Of a DNA stretch of 64,000 nt, positions 1 through 14,376 are shown one piece after another. The position numbers and the translations under genes were made by a program. Positions within the stretch are counted from its first letter, which is position 1. Each line of letters begins with the position of its first letter. A model generated the notes under the pieces. That model saw only the letters and a program-made list of their open reading frames with translations. It ran no database searches and was not told the origin of the DNA. Origin of the DNA: Chrysomallon squamiferum (lineage: Eukaryota > Animalia > Mollusca); contig CM022670.1 in NCBI GenBank assembly GCA_012295275.1, positions 4,588,001 to 4,652,000 of the forward strand. The letters are read 5' to 3'.

Positions 1-2351
1 GCTTTTGTAAACACCCGAATAGCGTGTATGCAACTGAAAAGTCCTAGATATCAAATTTAAAGCAAGGTTTGAATTTTTTTCTTTTTAATGAGTTTTACTT
101 TTTATGCGAGTTACAAGATGCACTATCAACCATATTCCCAAAGGATAAAAGAAATAAATCAAAACTGATGAGGATGTAAACTTAGATCACAAAAAGCAGA
201 CATTAAACGCGAAAAGGGGTAGCATTTTTATCGACAGTCGTACTGTGTTATTGTTGCCACTTGCAGGTTTCTAAATAATGACTTCATCTTTGTTAGAAAT
301 AAAAATCATGAGTTTTCTTCTCCGTGAATACTTAACTACGGCAAATGTGTAATAAATGGCTAAGGATCGCATCTGTTTCGCTGAATTTACGAGTCCTGTA
401 ATGGGACGCGTGGTTTCTCTCAATCACGTATGTTCTCATAAATGCCAGCATTGTTGGTGTCAGGCAGAATGTTTCGCTTCCAGAACAAATTCTTTCTGTA
501 ATGGAAAACTCATAATACGAGGCCTGCAAGAGATTTCTTTGTGTTTTGTTGTGTTCTTCTCGTGTTTAACTCCATGTAGGTACAACTTACTCTACTTGTT
601 CATATTTATTTATTTAATCTTTTTATTTTTTTTTTTTTTTTTTTTTAGTCCTCCTGTAGTTTTGCAAAGGGATAAACAAAAAACAATCAAAAATCTGATT
701 TTCACACGGTGTCTATATATTTTACAAAAGTCTTCTTTTATTTTATTTAACAATATTTATTGTGTAGATGAATGAGTACAAGTGTAAGTTATAGATAGAG
801 AGTGGGATGCTTTGTTCCGTTTTTCATTTCTAAATATCGAACTAACAAGAGTCTGATTCTGTGCTATTTCTTAGGAAAATAACATCAAATTATTTTTGTC
901 TATTATCATTTTGAATATCTACACATTCATCTATCCATTTATTTATTTATTTACTTATTCATTTGTTTATTTATCAGTCAGTCTATTCATCTGTTTTATC
1001 TATTTATTTTCCGTTCATTCATTCATTCATTTATTCTTTCCCTAAGGGAAGCAAATCACTTCGCTCTAAGAAATGTTATTCCATTCTAAATGCGTCTATT
1101 AAATATACATATAACCTACTAATTAAAACAATTAAATGCTACGGATCATGATAGGATTACTTGTATCTGATTTTCTTGGCGAGCTACATGCTTCTTTTAA
1201 GACACTAATTCGCACGGTGCATCTTTGCGTGCGTAATTTCCCCAAACGCCAAACAGCAATTTGGGCATATCTGCAAGTGCACTGATGGGAAAAAAGCCCA
1301 AGATGCCAATTACTGCTGCGGGGATCTTCATACGAAGCATATGCTTGAGGCAATGACAGCAATAAACGATTGGTCAAAGTATAATGGATGTTCGGGGAGA
1401 TTCTGCGCACATGATGGCCTCGGTTTGTACACCACTTGTTATCGGCAAGGCTGTCTTTATAATCTTGGAGTGTGTAATGGTCCCGGCATAACAGGAAAAT
1501 CAAACATATTTCGCTGACTACTTCAATCAAAGGATATGAGTAACTGTCACGCATGCGTTAAACTACTCACATGACCTGTTGACGAACTCATTTTAGTTGT
1601 ATTGATTAGCAATATTATCTGAAAGAAAATTGTCTTCAGAAAGAAAAGAGAAATTGGCCCAGAGGCCATAAGAAAAAATATGGCCGAACGATTTGGTCAC
1701 ATCATGGACATCTATTGTCCAGAAATAAGTGACAGTGACGACGAAAGAGCGTCGAGTGATCTTTCACACAAAATCGAAGGCATTCAGCTATGAAAATGCA
1801 AAATATGTGTCTTTCTCGACACGAATTAAAACAAGCATATTGGAGAGCTTGTTGAGTACGGCGATTATTAAAATAGACTCGGTTATTGATGTTTTAGTTA
1901 TTAGCGGACATGCTGATCCGGTTGATAGGCAGTCACAATGCCAGTGTGTTTCAACCGCTGAGAGTGAAGAGAGATGGAAGCGAATGATGTCAAAGGACGA
2001 AATCTAATGGAATCATTTGTATTGAAGACGCGGGAACGCTGGAAAATAAAACGTTAGCAAAGTACAAGACAACTGGATTGTCTTGTAGTGTTACACACTT
2101 TAAAGTCACGACTGAGCCACGACAGGACGTGATCAGCAGACCAGCTGACACGTGCGTGTAAAGCAAGTCGAGCACAACAGTAGTGCTTACGTTCCGAAAC
2201 GTTCGTGTTAGGACATGATAACTGTTGATTTTATTAACACATATGTTTAGAATTTTAATAGCTGCACATATTTTCCCATTCCAGTATTTAATAATTCCTG
2301 TATTTGTATCACAACAATCAAAATTGTATATAAAAGAGATAATATATATAT

Positions 2352-2352
<1 letters not shown>

Positions 2353-2408
<56 letters not shown>
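2353..2408 (+). repeat. (TAGA)n microsatellite
   Basis: Directly visible. Confidence 0.95.
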
Positions 2409-4184
2409 CTGATTGAGTTTTTATTCTTTGGTATTGTCATACATGATATAATTCGCCACTTAAACAGAAGCAAAACATGATATACTGTGGTTGAAAAGAA
2501 TATCTATGTTTTATTAAAAATCCCATTTTATACAGTCCCTGTGTTCATGATAATATCCTTAGCATTAGGAAAAAGTATCAATACATGCAAACGTGGAAAA
2601 ATAACAAGTTACCAAGCCTGGTTGCTGTACTCTCACTGAACGTGTAATTTCTCGTTAAGGGTTTGGCGGTTCAGCCCAGATGACATACAGCCCTACACAA
2701 TTAACACATTGAGCTTTTCCAGGCTTGTTTGTAGCAGCTAACGTTTTATGTCCGTATTTCCTAGGTAACCTTAAATAAAGCGTAAATGGGCAGCACCTGA
2801 TAACTAAGTTATTATTGATTTTGATATATATTTCTCATCATGATAATTTTTTAATTGGATACGCAGGACATTGTAAGAAATTAATTGTTAGATGGGAACA
2901 CTAAATTTTTATACGTGTGGAATATTCTGGATGTTGGTTTTATATGCTGACATTTTATGGTTGTATATTTTCATTTGGACATGTAGTAAATGGATATAGC
3001 TAAAAACGAATTCTTAAACCACAGTTTGTTATTTTCAAGAAGAAAAAAAATTGTTGCTAGACGAAAACCATATAATCTTTATTATGTAGAATATTTTCGC
3101 TGTTGCTTTCAGAATTTTTGCTGTTTTTTTTTTTAACAGGATTCTTTATCCGGGAATCTTAAAACATTAAATTATATCCAAACCTTTCTTGGCGACTAAT
3201 CTGGCCCATTTCTTTTAATGCAACAGATTTTTCTTGCTGAAAACGCATGACTCTGCCTTTGCCAGTTCAACGTGCGACTAACCTAATGCTTTGTGCATCC
3301 GGCACTCCACAACTGGCAGAAAAAAAAAAAAAAAAAAAAAAAAAAGAAAACGAAATGAAAAAAAAACCAATGGGTCGTGGTCTAATTAAATTCGCTGGAG
3401 TGGAATCTGCGCCCAGGTTCTTCTTTAAATTCATGAGGGTCTCATTACAGGGGATTCAGCTAAATGGACCACAAAGACTGGAATTTGACTTGAACGTCAA
3501 CTCAAATTACTGCGCCTTTCTGTGTCACTAGATTAAATAATGGCCTTCGTTTGGGAAACATCATTTCTTTGTGGGACTCCGTGTTGGAAATATTGACTTC
3601 TTAGTCAACACCATTCAAACTAATTATCATCGTCAAAATCCTCAGATTATTTTGAGCTTAGTTTTCCACCGTTCCTATTTCTTTTTCATCTTGTTTCATC
3701 GAATTTCTTTTGTGATGTCCATATTATTGGCCATTACTTATTACTACATCTTTGTAAGGTATTAACGTATGAATACCAGAAGCCACTGAACATCATGATT
3801 TCTTGATTAATTTCTCGTCGTGCAAGACTTTGTTGCCTCTGATAAGTTCTTTTGTTGGCGGAAAACCAGGTTGATTAAAATTTACCTACTGAACAAAATG
3901 ATAACGAAATAAATATTTCACGTGCATTGGCCCAAGCGTTGATGACGTCTGTTCTTGCCTTTCTCAAACAGACGCGTTCGTTCCGTACCATGACAACCTG
4001 TAATCAGCGGCCTAAGACGACGAATATATTTTTCATTTTAATCATGTTATCAGCACCTTGTAGTATGGGTTTTTTCATTTATTTATCCAATCGAAATGAT
4101 ATATTTCATCCCTATGAAGGTGACATTGATTAATATGTTTTGCTTTCTCACATAGACATATAGGCATATATATATGTACGTACG

Positions 4185-4318
4185 TATGTATGTATGTATG
4201 TATGTATGTATGTATGTATGTATGTATGTATGTATGTATGTATGTATGTATGTATGTATGTATGTATGTATGTATGTATGTATGTATGTATGTATGTATG
4301 TATGTATGTATGTATGTA
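4185..4318 (+). repeat. (TATG)n microsatellite
   Basis: Directly visible; source of the MYVC/YIHT ORF artefacts. Confidence 0.97.
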
Positions 4319-7002
4319 TATATGTATGAGTGTGTGTGTATATACATCACTGTACACACCCATGCACCTATGTGTATGTATGTATGAGTGTGTTTGTATC
4401 TTGGTAAGATAATCAGATTAAATTAATTTTAAAAAAAAAAATTGTTAAATTAATAAAAGCTTACTGGTTTATTTACGTCATTTGAACAAATAAAAAAATA
4501 TAGATATCCTACCAGAAACCTTTAACGTCACAGACATTTAACACGATAACAGTCTGCTGAACTTCAGTTAACTTAATTAAATAATAACATATTAATTTAA
4601 AAAAAATATTTGATATCAGATAACTATCCTTATTAAATATACTACATTGTTAAATATTAACTATCAAATATAAGCTAATTAATTCCCTTCAAAATTCGAT
4701 ATGTATGTCTGTCACTGAAAGGAAAAATAACAATAATAACTACTTAATAGAATTTAAAAAGACAGATACGGACCGCACAATCAAATTATCCGATCCTTGA
4801 ACCAGTAAAGGTTCACGTGATCTTTTACATGCACCTTACCAAAGACAGTAAAACCCAGTTCCACAGATTTCATAAACCTGCCGCAGTGAACTGGTTGAGA
4901 CGGAAAAGAACGAGTGAGTGAGTGAAAAATGAACGTGCTAATCAGAGCAAACAGCTCTGAAGCTCGCTTACTGTAGTCACGCTGACAAAGCCAGGGGGAA
5001 AATTTTGGGGGGGAGGGAAAAGGGGTGGTTCTCGTTATGCCTGGCGAGACATAATGGAATGCAAGTGTCCACAAGTGTGCTTGGTGTGACAGATATGACC
5101 ACCCAGTTCACTTCTCGTAAGCTGTCTACATACTGAGATACGACCTGCTCTTGTGTTTAGAGCACATTTGACCACAACTAATCAATCAAGGAAGAGCTTT
5201 GGGATAACAGTTTACGCCATAAGTACGAGATGATTTTGGTTTGTAATGAAATTATAGAAATACACTTAAGTTCAATATTCCTCGCCACCTACTGAAACAA
5301 AACGCTAAACTGCAACTAAATTAATGAAAAGAAAAGGAAACTTATTTTAAAACTATCATGTTATTTGTTTATCATCATATTCACGTGAAAATCAAATTTA
5401 AATTCCTTTGCCTCTAACTGGCACTTTATTAAACAAAACAAGGAATCGTGTATTATGTGCGGTCGTTGTGTCCACATCACAAGTTATGAGTTGTGTCTGG
5501 TGACGTGTTATTGGTTTATCTCTGCCCTTGGCTTTTCCTTTCTAATTTCGTCGCGTCGACACAGTTTGTCCTAAGGCTTCTCTTAATAAACCTTGATTCT
5601 TCTTGAGCGTTTGTTCTTGTTATTGGCGAAAATCTGGAACCTTGGACATTTGGGTCTCAGAAGAAAAATAATAATAATAACTTGTTCTTTCTTATGGTAT
5701 TATTGCCCTAGTCTGTGACGGATTCAGACAAAAATGTTTAGTATTTAAAAATATATTTTAATCAGGGTTAAGAATTTGTGTACTGTTAAACAAAATGTTA
5801 AAGAGCAATGGAAGAAATACATTTGAAACGAAGGTTGTGATTTTTAAAACAATAATTTCATATTACTTTAAAGATATTTTTGAAATTCTTGCATGTAAAA
5901 TATAAGATTTCAAGTAGATTTAAATAAAATGTTTATCTTATTTAATTCTCCATACCAAAAAAAAAAAAAAAACTTGAAAGAGATAGAAAATTTATCAGAA
6001 TCAAAACAAAAGGTTTGAAAAATAAGAAATAAAGTAAACAGAAAGATGTGGAATATAATTATGTGACTGAAAAGAACTAAATGGAAAACAGTTAAAAATC
6101 AAGGAAGTCAGAAGGAATGAAAATGTAAAATGACAAGAAAGAAAGAAGGAAAAAACGAGAAAAGAAATACAAAATCGAGAGATAGAAGGCAAGAAGGAAA
6201 AAGAAAGTAAAAAGGGAGGAAACCAAAGAAAAAAAAAAATTAAATAAGAATTATTATTAAAAAACCGAATACAACGAAAGAAATAACTCTGACCTAGACT
6301 TACGACAGATGACAAAATATTACTTTTATTCAAAGGTTAACAAAAGGTCGTCAAATCCAACCGCTGGGGTGACACAAAAGTGAAAGTGTTTGACCTTTAC
6401 GCTTGGAAGCCTGCTCTGTTACTTACTTCCCTGGTACGTTTACAGCTAACCCACAATTCCCCACTCTTCCCGTCCCCGCCCACCACCTTAATTACTGTAA
6501 ACCAACCCTTCCCACCTTTACACCTGTGGGTGTCATCCTCTCTAATGAGCAAGCAATTAACTGCCCGCGCTTTATGCGCGCCAGGTAATTATAGAAGCAC
6601 TACACATAATGACTGGACTTGCTGTCCATGCTAGAGAAATAAAACGATTTTTTTTGGTTTTTCCTGTTTCGTCTCGCACAGTCCTGTCATGTGTTTCAGC
6701 ATGTGTTCATTATGGCCGTCCATTACGAAGGCGAGAGAGAAATGAAGCGAATTACTTAATAAGGAATTATTCGGCTAACACATACACCGGGTATCTTTGA
6801 CGCGCTGATGAGTGGCCGTGGTTTCTCAGTCAATATTTGGGGAATTGATAATGCACATCAAAAGATAGTAAGTTAGACAAAGGAAGGAACTAATTATTGA
6901 AATTCGATAGGTTACCTTCTGGTAATCAACCGTGATAACAGAGCCGGGATTGAGGAAGTTACGTCATGTGTCACGATGAACTTTAGCTGGACTACAATTA
7001 CA

Positions 7003-7006
7003 GTTA

Positions 7007-7056
<50 letters not shown>

Positions 7057-7170
7057 GTCATTATTATCGTCATTATTATTAGTAACAGTAGTTCTAACAG
7101 GACAGGCAATAGTAGTAGTAGTAGTAGTAGAGGTATTAGTGGTAGTAGTAGTAGTAATAGTAGTAGTAGT
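7003..7170 (+). repeat. (ATT)n + (AGT)n compound microsatellite
   Basis: Directly visible. Confidence 0.9.
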
Positions 7171-8237
7171 TAGTGTTATTCAATTTAATACCATCAATAA
7201 TCAGTATTATTATTAATAATATTGTAATAAATGTCGAAATCATCATTATATATCATATTTCTTTATTAAATCCAAACCGATACTGGCACGATGTTGAGTA
7301 ATAATAAACTTCTGTCTCTTTTCTGTTTATAACTTTATTTGTCTTATAGTTGTATATTTGTAAGACTGCCAATCATTTTATGTTTGTATTTAGTGTGCAA
7401 TCCTCTGCGTTTGTGTTTGTTTGCATGTATATATTTATATGTATGTGTATATATGCGTAGTATCTTTCTTTTTACTCGTTTACGTCTGTCGTAGTTTCCC
7501 TCACTGAACTTTCAGCAGTTGATCTGTGTTTCATTATTGCACTGACGCCTGCCGCCACTGCCACTCATTCGTGTGATTCTATTAAATAAAAATCTATCCT
7601 CGGCTGTTTACATTCAAGACATGCCGGTAATCAGCTGCTCTCTAATTCCTTTAACACGACGCTGCATACTTTAACCACAACGAGTGGATTTTCCATTTAG
7701 AAACTTATCTCGTTTTATCCGCGTGGGTACACGCTGCATGGCTGCAATTAAACTGACACAAATATTATCGAATTTAAATTAGACACAAAGAAAATGAAAT
7801 GGGGGTCGTTGGCTCGAGGTTAAGAATATTAGGCTTTGGATTTAAAAATAAAGGTTTCAGCTTTGAGCTAAAGATAATGTTCGTATTATACCCACTCTGC
7901 TCAAGTTAACGTATAATACTGAATTGTGTCCACATCACGATAATTTTCTAATGTGTCAAGCCAGAAAGACAGCTCATAATCACATAAAATAAGGGTCTGC
8001 TTCTTGCACTTCACTGATAGTTGAATTTGAATCTCGCATATGTTAATAAAAAAAAATAATTACAACAAAAAAAAATTATGACTTTGATGAATCTCAGACG
8101 ATCTTAGATATTGCGTTCAAGAGAAGCTTTCTTAAACAATTCTCTGATAAAAAACAACAACAAAAGAAGCATCACATTATCTTCAGTGACAAATAAACCT
8201 GTTCACATGAGCCAGGCATAGCTTGGTCTCTGATTAT

Positions 8238-8273
<36 letters not shown>

Positions 8274-9072
8274 ACATTCCGTATGTTATCAAAAACACTC
8301 TAATGAAATGTAAGCTCAAATTTTGAAATTGTCGCAAACTGAAATAATAATTTCTCGGTGACTTAATAACTCTTCACTTATGATAAACAAAAATTCGATA
8401 TGATCCATTTATAAATTAATTTAGTGTTTGGCACCCCCATACAGAACCTTTCTTGGAAATGAATAATATGGAAATAAAAAATAATAATGTTTCTGGCTGT
8501 CATTTCGCAATGATATTGTCTAGAAAATATCATTCTTGAAAAATGTATAGCTTCTATTCTGCATTTTCAACAATCTTATAAAGCAGTGCTTCAGTTCTAT
8601 TTCAGCCTTTCCCTGCAGTTTATGGAACTATTATCTAAACCCAGCGTAATAAAACTTTTTTTGGAGAAGTGGTTACATTTGTTTGCTGAATATGTCTTTA
8701 ACAAAAGTCTCCAGCCGATGATGCCCTCTTATAAAAGATTACGTCAATCGATGTAGTTGGTCATCTTTCTAATCCGATGTTAATAACTTTATCTTTATAT
8801 TTACATAACCGGCAGATGTTCGCCAATAATCACAGTTAATTATTCCGATAAGCCACTGCAGCTTACTTGAATCTGAACTACGGGGCAAGCGGTTCGCGAT
8901 GCGTTACACTGGGGTTCGATAGTCAAACAGATATCTTTGGTCTTCTGTCGCGTGTTCACGTAAAGCGTTAGAATGAAGTAAATATTTGCGTACGTCAGCT
9001 GTAAGCAACTTATATTAGTTTTTCTTAAACCAGTTGACTTCAGACTCTCTTTTCTGTGTCGTTCTTTCACAG

Positions 9073-9085
9073 AATGAGTGATATG
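9073..9085 (+). CDS. Candidate 13-nt coding microexon of the upstream protocadherin
   Basis: ctctcttttctgtgtcgttctttcacag|AATGAGTGATATG|gtaaga, with branch-like TTGAC at 9034-9038. Only the frame that joins exon 13029 in phase 0 (A ATG AGT GAT ATG) is stop-free. Confidence 0.55.
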
Positions 9086-9092
9086 GTAAGAA

Positions 9093-9114
9093 AGAGGGAA
9101 TAAGAGAGAGAGGG

Positions 9115-9204
<90 letters not shown>
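9093..9204 (+). repeat. (GA)n tract immediately after the candidate microexon donor
   Basis: Directly visible, with a duplicated agagggaataag at its start. Confidence 0.95.
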
Positions 9205-9207
<3 letters not shown>

Positions 9208-9881
9208 TTTTTTTTTTTTTCTCTAACTGAATATGAAGTCAGCTAAAATCTTTCATTCTCGATTATTCATCGCAGCCGTCTTGTGTGGTTCGTTCAAACA
9301 GCTGGATAATTAAAAAACGTTGAAGTAACTTAATGGACACTGACATTAATTTCTATAAGCTTCTTGGAAATGTTTGTCTTAAGAGTAAATGTTCCAAGTC
9401 CAAACCCGACACAATATAACAATCTGAAAGATGGTTGCTTTGGTAACGACGGCTTATGGTTTTATGTCAACACTCCCTCGACTGCAGAAAATATATTTTT
9501 GGTAAAAGACATTCACCTGACTGTTAGGTTTGCCATTCTCTTTGACCGATCCTATATAAAATTAGCTTAATTACTGCGTCCACTGTAATTACTGTTGTGC
9601 TAATGGAGTTTTATAACGCAGTGTTGACAAGACTTTTAGAGAGAGGAAAAAAAATGAATGATTAGACAATCTAAAGTAATAGTGTTGATCGGGTGGCTGA
9701 CATTTAGCTGCAGTTCTACGTGGGTTGTGTGTTGATTTATTAAAGTGTCCACAGAGTTCGTGTCGCACTAACTGCTCTTTCGTGTCGAAACTTAGCGAAA
9801 GACAGCAAGATAATATTTTTGAACTTTCATGACTAGAAATTATATTACCGTCATATACGTAAATTCTTTATCTTGTGGATG

Positions 9882-9886
<5 letters not shown>

Positions 9887-9975
<89 letters not shown>
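9887..9975 (+). repeat. (GA)n microsatellite
   Basis: Directly visible. Confidence 0.95.
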
Positions 9976-9976
<1 letters not shown>

Positions 9977-12607
9977 ATTAAAGATACAAACAGACTGAGA
10001 AAAGGAAATTAAGACATATATATGTATATATACATTATTTTTAATGAAAAATGTAAGGTGCAGTCCTTTTCCATCCTGTTGTTTTGTTATAGGAGTTGTT
10101 GACGTTGTTTTCATTTTGACATTCCCATTAATTATCATTATAACTGACAAAGAAATCGACAGGACATATAGAAGACAAAGAAATCGAAATGGGGTGCTTA
10201 TACCATCATTACAATGGAATGTTAAACTTATAATAACACGGCATGTCTCGTACTCAGATTGCACCTGAAGCTATTCGTAGGAACATCTGATCAGGTATTC
10301 ATCAGAGTCGAAGAGGAGACAGTACAGTTATCTTCAAGGTTTTGTTGTCATCTTAAACTGAATCATGTTGACGAGTAACAGATAACTGATATTTATTTTC
10401 AATAAAATGTAGTCTATTATTTAACGCTTTATAGAAATCCTCATATTATTATCTATAGAATGTTTTGGTCCTTAGTTTTCTCCGTTTTATTTTTTAAGTT
10501 TATTTTTATTTTTATTTTTTTGTTGTTGTTGTTGTTGTTGTTGTTGTTGCCGCTTAGCTGTTTTCTTGTTTTTCATTTTCAGTCCTTTTAGTGTCTACCT
10601 GACTTTATATATATATATTTTTTTATAATTATTATTATTTTTTAATGTTTTTTATTTCTCCTTTAATAATCTGTGTTTTTCTTCCACCCGTTTGCCTTTT
10701 TGTCACGAGATGTTGAGCAAAGCAAGCATTTTATTCAAACCATCTTGAAATTCGCAATTGTGTTTCAATTGCAAGTATGGTTTTCATCGTGAACACTTGA
10801 TGAAGTCATTTTGTTCTTGGTGAGTTGTTATTGTTGTTATTCATGATCGTTTATTCAACAGACAAACATTAAACACGTGTATATTTTGACTAGATAAATC
10901 GTTGCTATGAAGGCGAATGTATTTCTGCAACAAAAAAACAACAACAACAACATTTTTTTTTTTTTTTTCTTTTATGAATATATGATGGCACAATTATCAT
11001 TTATTTTTGTCCCATTAATAGTTTTTGTTTATTGGGTAAACAGAAAAAAAAAAAATATATAGAAAAAAAAAATGATAATAAATGATATACTATACATTAT
11101 TAAGCTAATCAAACTATTACCAAGAACGAATTTGGAATGTGTGCGTAATTTATTTATTAACAACTTCCGACAGATATAATAAAATAATCAATAGGCCCTC
11201 TGTTCGAAGACCGATCCCAAAATTAGTTAATAAATTAATTTGTTCTCAAGTTATGGTGACGTCGTCAGGTTTACGTCCGCGGCGTCATTACGAATCACTT
11301 ACGTGTCATTCGCTGCAGAAATTTACAACGTCGTTTTCTTTCTGGTTGCTAGATTTGGTAGCCAAAAAAAAAAAAAAAAAAAAGACAAGTTAGAAACATG
11401 TATAAAACAGCATAGTTTCATCATTATCTCACTGCAAATTGTAGATTTTATTTATTCATTTTGTGTCTTTCTTTCCTTCATTTCCTTCATTCTTTGTTTC
11501 ATCGATTTCTTCGTTCTTTTTTCACCGTCTTTCTTTTATGTTTCTTTCTTTCTGCTTATTTTTCTAATTATTTTCCTTCTTCTTTTTCTTCTTTTTTTCT
11601 TCTTTTTTGGCTTATCAGTGATTTTATTTTATTTTACTTTATTTTTGTGGATAAGTGGCAGTTAATTGCACACGAAATACTTTGTGTTTTGATGTTTCTT
11701 TTTTTTGTTGTTGTTGTTGTTATTGTTGTTGTTGCTGCTGTTTTTAGTGTGCAGTGCAGTGTCTTTCGGCAATACTTTCTTTTCAAATGAACTCATATTC
11801 TAGACTTGATATTATCTTACATCAGTATCCGTCTGGCTTAAAATGATTCACAATATCAGGTTCCTTCAAAGACACTGGTAATTTGAAAACGATATGGACT
11901 TGTTAATTTTAAACCTTCAGCCTGTACAGACACTTAAATTAGCAGATTTCTGACTTCCCCCGAAGGTTCAAATTCAACGTTGTCGTGCATTCGTCAGCAA
12001 CTACCACTTTTTTTAAAAAACACTCCTTTCGTCTTCCCTCTATTGCCCATTCAGCTGCATTTGTCTCCCATAGGGAATATTTAGCCGATCCCCCCCAAAA
12101 AGTCATGTACCAGGAACTTCTAGCAAATGGTTTCAACAATTTGTTGAATAACCTGTTAGTCTTTTTTTTCTTCTTCTTCTTGATTTTGGCCTGCAGTCAG
12201 GTTGTAATTAAGGAGTAATATGTCTTGCACTTCAATTATCCTTAAAAGTCGGATTCACCTGCTTTCACGCTTTTACCAAAGCGATCGATAACGAATACAG
12301 CTTAAATGGGCCATCTTACAATGCTGCGTTAGTGCTGCCGTTGACACTGATAAGGTAGATGTTGTATTAATGGGAAAACAATGTGTATGTGTATGTAAAA
12401 GTGTCTCCAAGGAAGACGATGCGTGTCCATTAATAGTAATGAAAATAATAATTAGCGTTAATCAGGGATTCAAGAAGCAAAAATGAACAGTATACAGATT
12501 TACGTAACCATGCGTAAATGATTTATAATAATAATGATCGATAATGATGATGATGATAATACTGATGATGATGATTATGATTATGACTATTATTATTATT
12601 ATTGTTG

Positions 12608-12612
<5 letters not shown>

Positions 12613-12681
<69 letters not shown>
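12613..12681 (+). repeat. (ATT)~23
   Basis: Directly visible. Confidence 0.95.
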
Positions 12682-12683
<2 letters not shown>

Positions 12684-13028
12684 AGGTAGTATGGTGGAGG
12701 AATCGCTACTGCGGCTACTACAACAGTTGTTATTGTTATTGTTATTGTTATTGTTATTATCGTAGTAATTACTATTGTTCTTTATTATCCCTGAAAGAAA
12801 GTCGATCCACTGCTTTTGTTGTAAAAGAAAAACAGCAGCAGATTAATATATTAAATTTGTCTTTGATGCCATACTGCTAGAAACTACATTATTCTTCTTC
12901 ATTTCTTTTATTTCTTTTTTTTCTCCGCCTAATCTAGGATCTTTCGCATCATTTAAGCTATCTATAACAATTGTTATCAGAAAAGAAAAGAAAAAATGAT
13001 AATAACAAAACTCTTTGTTTTGATTCAG

Positions 13029-13152
13029 TGTCCTTCGCAAGCTCCCAGTGACGATTTCCATAGTGACACGTCAGGGGAGACCACCGCGAGTGACAGCGGA
13101 AGAGGCGGAAGTGACGAAGACACTCACCTCTCGTGTGTACCGGAAATTCTAG
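13029..13152 (+). CDS. PCDH: Protocadherin cytoplasmic-tail internal exon (124 nt, phase 0 to phase 1) of the upstream gene
   Basis: Acceptor ctctttgttttgattcag| and donor AG|GTAAGT at 13153. Encodes CPSQAPSDDFHSDTSGETTASDSGRGGSDEDTHLSCVPEIL, with a DSG-x-x-x-SD CM1-like protocadherin motif. GC-rich island in AT-rich flanks; phase matches the next exon. Confidence 0.9.
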
Positions 13153-13174
13153 GTAAGTTGTACCATATATTGCA

Positions 13175-13216
<42 letters not shown>
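13175..13216 (+). repeat. (AAT)14, 22 nt downstream of the splice donor
   Basis: Directly visible. Confidence 0.95.
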
Positions 13217-13217
<1 letters not shown>

Positions 13218-14160
13218 GTTAAAGAACAATGAAGATACTTGTTTTCATGTTTAACTGAGAATGAAATGTTATGGAATTGTATTCGAATGCAAATTTAAAT
13301 ATTCCGAATTGGAAAATTACTCTTAAACCAGGAACTGCTTTATTTATTTTATTATATATTTATTTTGGTTAGATTTTTACTTTATTTTTCTTTTATTTTT
13401 AATTTTTTTAAATTTTAATTTGTTTTGGGGGTGGGGGTGGGAAGTAGTTGTTTTTGTTTGATTTGTTTCTTTCTTGTTTTCGGGGATTTTTTTTAGAGTT
13501 ATTTCTGGGGAGGATATTTTTTTTCGGGGGTTGGTGTTTTTTTCCGTTTTGTTTTGCGGTAATGGTGTTGCTGATGGTGTAGGTGATGATGTTTGTGGAA
13601 AAAATGGATTAACTTGTTTATAACAAATATGTTTTTTTTACCACAATTCTTTCTTCAAAATGTACTCATCAATCTTTACATTTCGTCCTTGAAAAAGACT
13701 GTGATATCTTTTTTTTTTATCTTTAAACGTTTACGCAAAAATTGTACAACAATAAATAAAAAAAGACTATGTCTAATTTTCCTTCCATTAGAAGAATAAT
13801 TAAAAAAACTGAGTCGTGATTTTAATTTAGCACTTCAGTAGCCATTACCTCCATAATGTACCATATTTGTTTACTTTTAATGGTCCTGTGATGCATTTGT
13901 GTTTTCTCATTAGGTTTAATGTAATGATCTATGTCAGCCAAATACGAATATTTTAACTTTTAATATAAATCATTATGACAAGAAGATATCAAACCTCTTG
14001 GTAATAATTTAGATTTTTCTTCCATCATGATATTGATTAGTAATTTGATATCATAAAAAAAAGAATAATTGACGAACTCAAGGTTGAAAACTGTTCGTGG
14101 CGCAAATTTGAAGTCATTATCATTATCACCATCATAGTCGTCGTCATCATCATCATCTTC

Positions 14161-14286
<126 letters not shown>

Positions 14287-14376
14287 ACATACTTGTCTCA
14301 CTGTTTTGAAATTATTTATTTTCTTGAGCCTGTTTATTTCATTTCGTTTTTTGACCTTTGCTATTTTTCCTTACAG

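Noticed and set aside
768-783. Possible 16-nt microexon tgtgtag|ATGAATGAGTACAAGT|gtaagt
   Set aside because: Weak pyrimidine tract and T at -1; the frames needed to join 9073 or 13029 contain TGA.
8882-8923. tRNA/SINE-like A box (GGGCAAGCGG) and B box (GGTTCGA)
   Set aside because: Spacing of ~20 nt is too short, the B box is incomplete and no cloverleaf forms.
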